From: Chiloscyllium plagiosum
Lineage: Eukaryota
DNA length: 64,000 nucleotides
Reading direction: 5' to 3'
Assembly (NCBI RefSeq): GCF_004010195.1
Contig: NC_057718.1
Coordinates: 30,042,102 to 30,106,101, forward strand
In this document: one piece after another, positions 58,877-64,000 of the stretch
Layout: each line of letters starts with the position of its first letter
Position numbering within the stretch: the stretch's first letter is position 1
Translations under genes and position numbers: made by a program
Notes under the pieces: model-generated
The model's database searches: none
What the model saw: only the letters and a program-made list of their open reading frames with translations
Told to the model about the DNA's origin: nothing

Positions 58877-61800
58877 AATGAGTATGAGTGTCTGAGAGAG
58901 AGGGTGTGCGTGTGTGAGTGTGAATGTAAAGGAGTATAAGTCTGTGAGAGGGAGAGTGTGAATGTAACGGAGTATAAGTCTGTGAGAGGGAGAGTATGGG
59001 AGTGTATGTGTGAGCATATGAGAGAGAGCTTGCGTATGAGAGAATGTCTGCATGACTGTTTATGTGTGTCTGCAGGTGTGTGTGTGTGTGTGTAATGCTG
59101 TGGGGTCACCACTAGTGTGACATGAACCCAAGGTTCCAGATGAGGCCATCCCCATGAGTACCGAACTTGGCTATCAGACTCTGCTCAGCTGCTTTCCTGA
59201 CGGTTTGAGCTTACATGTCAAGCCAAGGGTAGCGGCCCTCTGGAGAAGTCCAAGTGGACTCCTTCTTTGTTCGCCCCTCTACGGAAATCTGTGATGACTG
59301 TTCTAGTTCCTCGGTGGGCTCATTGGGATCACTGCTGCCATCTTGAAAGAATTCCCGGAGTCTCATTCATCTGATGAATTGCTCTGTGACTGCTGCAAGA
59401 CCTGTGTGGTCCATTTTGGTGGTGGGCAGAAATTGAGACCCCCGCTAAGAACTTCAATCTCTCCCAGTTGAACCTTCCGGACCACACCCTCTAACTGGAA
59501 GAGATTGAAGTTCTTAGCAGGGGTCTCAATTACTGCCCACCACCAAAGTGGACCGCATGGGTCTTGCAGCAGCCCAGAGGAATTTATCAGACGAATGAGA
59601 CTCCGGGATTTCTTTCAAGATGCCAGCAGTGATCCCAATGAGCCCACCGAGGAACTGAAACAGTCATCACAGTGATCTGTAGTGAGGCGACCAAAGAAGG
59701 AGTCAACTTGGACACCTCCCGGAGGGCCGCTGCCCTGAGCTTGACATGTATGCTCAAACTGTTGGGATATATATAACTGCCAGATTCATCAACTGCACCC
59801 GCAAGGTTGAGCAAAACATCATCCGATCACTATCCATGCTCTCAAAACCAATCACAACATTGTCATCAAACCAGCAGATAAAGGAGGAGCCATTGTCATT
59901 CAGAATAGAACAGATTACTGCAAGGAAGTGTACCGACAACTGAACAACTACAGGTAACTACCGGCCGATCTAACCAAAGAGCACATCCGTGAACTAAACA
60001 CATTGATCAGGACTTTGGATCCAGTCCTTCAGAGTTCTCTACATGCCCTCATCCCAAGTACTTCTCACATAGGCAACTTCTACTGCCTTCTGACGATACA
60101 CAAATCAAGTACACCAGGACGTCCCATCATATCAAGCATTGGGAACCTGTGTGAGAACCTCCATGGCTATGTCAAAGGTGTCTTGAAACCCATTGTATAG
60201 GGGACACCCAGCTTCTGTCGCGACACTACAGATTTCTTACAGAAGAGCAGGACCCACGGACCAGTCGAACCTGGAACATTTCTCATCACAATAGACGTTT
60301 CAGCACTCTACACCAGCATCCCCCACAATGACAGCTTTGTGACAACAGCCTCAGTACTCAACACCAACAGCTGCCAATCTCCATCCTAAAACTCATCCAC
60401 TTCATCCTCGACCACAACATTTTCACCTTTGACAACCAGTTCTTCATCCAGGCACACTGAACAGCCATGGAGACCAATATGCTAACATTTTCATGCACAG
60501 GTTCGAACAAGACTTTTTCTCTAAGCAGGACCTCCAACCAACAACGCACACCAGGTATATTGATGACATTTTTTTCCTCTGGACCTATGGCAAGCAGTTA
60601 CTGAACAACCACACAGTTAAAAATCACACAACACTATGTTATAGTCCAATAGATTTAATTGGAAGCACTAGCTTTTGGAGTGGCGCTCCAAAAACTAGTG
60701 CTTCCAATTAAACCTGTTGGATTATAACCTCGTGTTGTGTGATTTTTAACTTTGTACACCCCAGTCCAACACCGGCTTCTCCAAATCATGACAACTACTC
60801 AGTGATATCAACAAGTTTCATTCCACCATCAAATTCACCATGGAGTACTCTCTAAAATCTGTCTCATTCTTGGACCCATGCATCTCCATCAAGGATGGGC
60901 ACCACACCCTACTGCAAACCCACGGATAACCTCACGATGCTACACTTCTCTAGCTTCTACCGGTAGCCATCCCCTACGGACAAGCCCTATGCTTATACAA
61001 GTTCCGTTCAGATGAGGAGGAATGTGACGGACACTTGAAAGTACTCAAGGATGCCTTCATAAGAACGGAGTATGTTGCTCAACTCACTGACCACCAGTTC
61101 TGACGTGCCACAGCGTGAAACCGTAATGACCCCCTCAGGAGACAGACACAAGCTGCAACCGACAGGGTACCCTTTGTTGTCCAGTACTTCCCAGGAGCCA
61201 AAACATTATGCCATGTTCTTCGCAGCCTGCAACACCTTATCAATGAGAATGAGCACCTTGCCAAGACCATGCCCATGCTTCCACTTCTTGCCTTTAAACA
61301 GCCACCAAACCTCAAACAGTTCGCAGCAAATTGCCTGGCTTTTAGGACAACACCATACAACTTTGTCTCAGTAGATGCTGCAAGACATGTCAGAGTGTCG
61401 ACATGGATACCACCATTTCATGCGGGGATATCTACCACCATGTACATGACAGGTACTCATGTGACTCAGCCAACGTTGCCCATCTCATACGCTGCAGGCA
61501 AGGATGGCCTGAGGCATGGTATGTTGGTGAGACCGAGCAGAGGCTACAGCAATGGATGAATGGACACTGCACAACAATCACAGGCAGGACTGTTCCCTCC
61601 CAGTCGGAGAACAAGTCAGTGGTCCAGGACATTCGAACTCGGACCTTCAGGTGACCATCATTCAAGGCGGACTTCGGAACAGGCAACAACAAAAAGTGGC
61701 CGAGCAGAAGCTGATAGCCACGTTTGGTACCCATAGGGATGGCCTCAACCAGGACCTTGAGTTCATGTCACACTACAGGTGACTTCACTGCACTACACAG

Positions 61801-62405
61801 ACACACACACCCTCTCTCATATACAAGCTTTCTCTCATACGCTCACACATGCACCCTCTCACAGACTTATACCCCTTTACACTCATACACATACACATAC
61901 ACTCTCTTTCGCGCACACACACACACATATATAAGTTTGCGGGGTGAACTTGTACTTGCAGAATTACATTTTATTTTATTCAAAAACTATATGAATTCAT
62001 GTTAGATTCTGTAAATCCATTTTTTAGATTAGAATCAGTCTGAACATTGAGGCACAGACAGCCTCACATAGGGCACCTCGCAACTACAGTGCATTATCTG
62101 GGCCAACATGGCACCTATTGTTAAAGTTCACTTGTGAATGTAACTTTAAGGAAGTTCTGAGATTTACATATGAAAGAACTGAAACCAACATAGCCATTCT
62201 AAAAGCTGAGAGACTTGACAAACAATCCAGGTCTTTTTCAGTATATAATTTCAGTTACATCACACTGTAAACTTTTGCTATAAATTCCGTGTTCTATAAT
62301 CTTATACTCCTCAACCACCAAATGAAGGAGCAGCACTCCGAAAGCTGGTGCTTCCAAATTAACCTGTTGGACTCAACCTGGTGTTGTGTGACTTTTAACT
62401 TTGTA
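58342..62405 (+). mobile_element. Near-complete Penelope-like element (RT and GIY-YIG) with an inverted 5' segment and an 11-bp TSD
   Basis: [47 protein letters not shown] and HLIRCRQG..WYVGET. 58342-59190 is the reverse complement of the 3' end. TSD caatctatata at 58331-58341 and 62406-62416. Confidence 0.92.
60618..60790. mobile_element. Palindromic family B pLTR derivative inserted in the Penelope RT
   Basis: Inverted repeat centred near 60682. Imperfect TSD acaaccacacagt/acaactactcagt. Confidence 0.8.
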
Positions 62406-62416
62406 CAATCTATATA

Positions 62417-62860
62417 ACTTTGTACAATTGATGGAAGGACTGACAGCACAGTTGCTAGGTTTATTAGATTGCAGGTTTAGCAAGTAAATAAAACTAATAT
62501 AATGTTATTATTTATTGCAAAGGAAATTGGATACCACAAGTACGGAATTATGTTTCAGTAATAAAGGGTATTGATGAGACCACTTCTGGAATATTGTGTA
62601 TTAGTCGTCTTATTTAAGAAAGGATGTAAATATGTTGGAAGCAATCCAAAGAGCGTTGACCGAACTAAGATTAGGATTTGGTTGATTGTCTAATGGGAAA
62701 AAGTTGGACAGGCAATGCTTATATATGTTGGAGTTTAGAAGAATAAGACATGATTTAATTGAAACAAATAAGACCTTAAGGGACTTCAGCAAGGTGGATG
62801 TGGCAAAGGAGGTTTCCAGTTGTGGAAGAATATAGAACAAGGATCATTGTTTAAAAACAA
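62417..62860 (+). mobile_element. Old CR1 RT remnant (left part at about 58000-58340), the target of the Penelope insertion
   Basis: GSVLGP..SIY on the left, RPLLEYCV and LEAIQRALT..EFRRIRHDLIET on the right. Confidence 0.65.
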
Positions 62861-62864
62861 GACT

Positions 62865-63868
62865 ATAAGACATCAGAGCAGAAAATAGGCCATTCAGCTC
62901 ATCGAGTCTGCTCCACCATTCAGTTTCTCAACCCCATTCTCCTGCTGTTTCCCTGAAACCCTTGATCTCCTTGACAAAAAGGAACCTATCTATCTCTGTC
63001 TTAAATATATTCAATGACCTGCCTCCACAGCCTTCTGTGGCAGTGAATTCCACAGATTCACCACTCTCTAGCTGAAGAGGTTTCTCCTTATCTCCATTCT
63101 AAAAGGTCTTCCCTTTACTTGGGTTGTAGTCTCAGGACCTTGTTTCTCTGAACCAATGGAGACATCTTCCCAACATCCATTCTGTCTAGGCCATTTGATA
63201 TCCGTTAAGTTTCTATTAGATCCTCCCCTCATCCTTAAACCCAGAGTCCTCAAACATTCTTCATATGTTAAGCATTTCATTCCTGGGACCATTCTCGTGA
63301 ACCTTCTCTGAACACCCTCCAGGGCCAGATATAGCGGACCTAAAACTGCTCACAATACTGCAAATGTCATCTGACCAGAGCCTTATAGAGCCTCAAAAGT
63401 ACTTCCCTACTTTTATATTCAAACTTGTTCAAAATAAATGCCATTGTTGCATTTGCCTTCCTAACTACTGACTCAACCTGCATGTTTACACTGAGAGAAT
63501 CCTGGAGTAGAACTCCCAAGTCTTATTGCACTTCAGACTTCTGAATTTTCTCCCTTTAGAAAATAGTCCATGCCTCTATTCTTCCTACCAAAGTGCATGA
63601 CCTCTCACTCTCCCACATCGTACTCCATCTGTCATTTCTTTGCTCACTCTCTTAACCTGCCTAAATACTTCTGCAGCCTCCCCGCCTCCTCAATGCTACC
63701 TTTCTCTCTCCCTATCTTTATATTGTCTGCAAACCTAGCCAGAATGCCTCCAGTTCCTTCATCTAGATTGTTAATGTATAAAGTGAAAAGTTGTGGTCCC
63801 AACACTGAACCTTGCAGAACACCACTTGTCACCGGCTGGCATCCTGAGAAAGATCCTTTAAATGAAGG
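62865..63868 (-). mobile_element. CR1 3' fragment
   Basis: ORFs 63644-63832 (GVLQGSVLGPQLF..FADNIK) and 63068-63292. Confidence 0.88.
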
Positions 63869-64000
63869 ATTAACCTTTAAGACAGATAAGATTTTTTAAA
63901 ATTCTCACATAAAATTTGAGAATCTTAGTGATGGTTAAAGCAGAGTTTTAAAAAAATATTTTTAAGGCATTGGTAAATAGATTCTTGCTAAACATGAGAA

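Overview
Vertebrate genomic DNA made almost entirely of nested, mostly decayed transposable elements. It is probably from a shark or other elasmobranch, judged from HE1-type V-SINEs and shark-type CR1 and Penelope families. I found no confident host exon, RNA gene or CRISPR array. Main contents: (i) two diverged copies of one endogenous retrovirus family, about 645-9092 (+, 3' LTR only) and 20820-32059 (-, both LTRs, tRNA-His PBS, PPT, 4-bp TSD). Both copies lack protease/RT and the integrase core but keep an env whose TM subunit aligns without gaps to filovirus GP2. (ii) A Gmr1-type Ty3/Gypsy element with PR-INT-RT-RH order (39163-51723) carrying L1, Penelope, CR1 and SINE insertions. (iii) Two other decayed Gypsy elements. 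(iv) About a dozen CR1 pieces. (v) A near-complete Penelope element (58342-62405) plus many short Penelope terminal derivatives carrying minimal hammerhead ribozyme motifs, often as palindromes with TSDs. All family calls come from manual translation and motif recognition, not database searches, and the boundaries of decayed elements are approximate.
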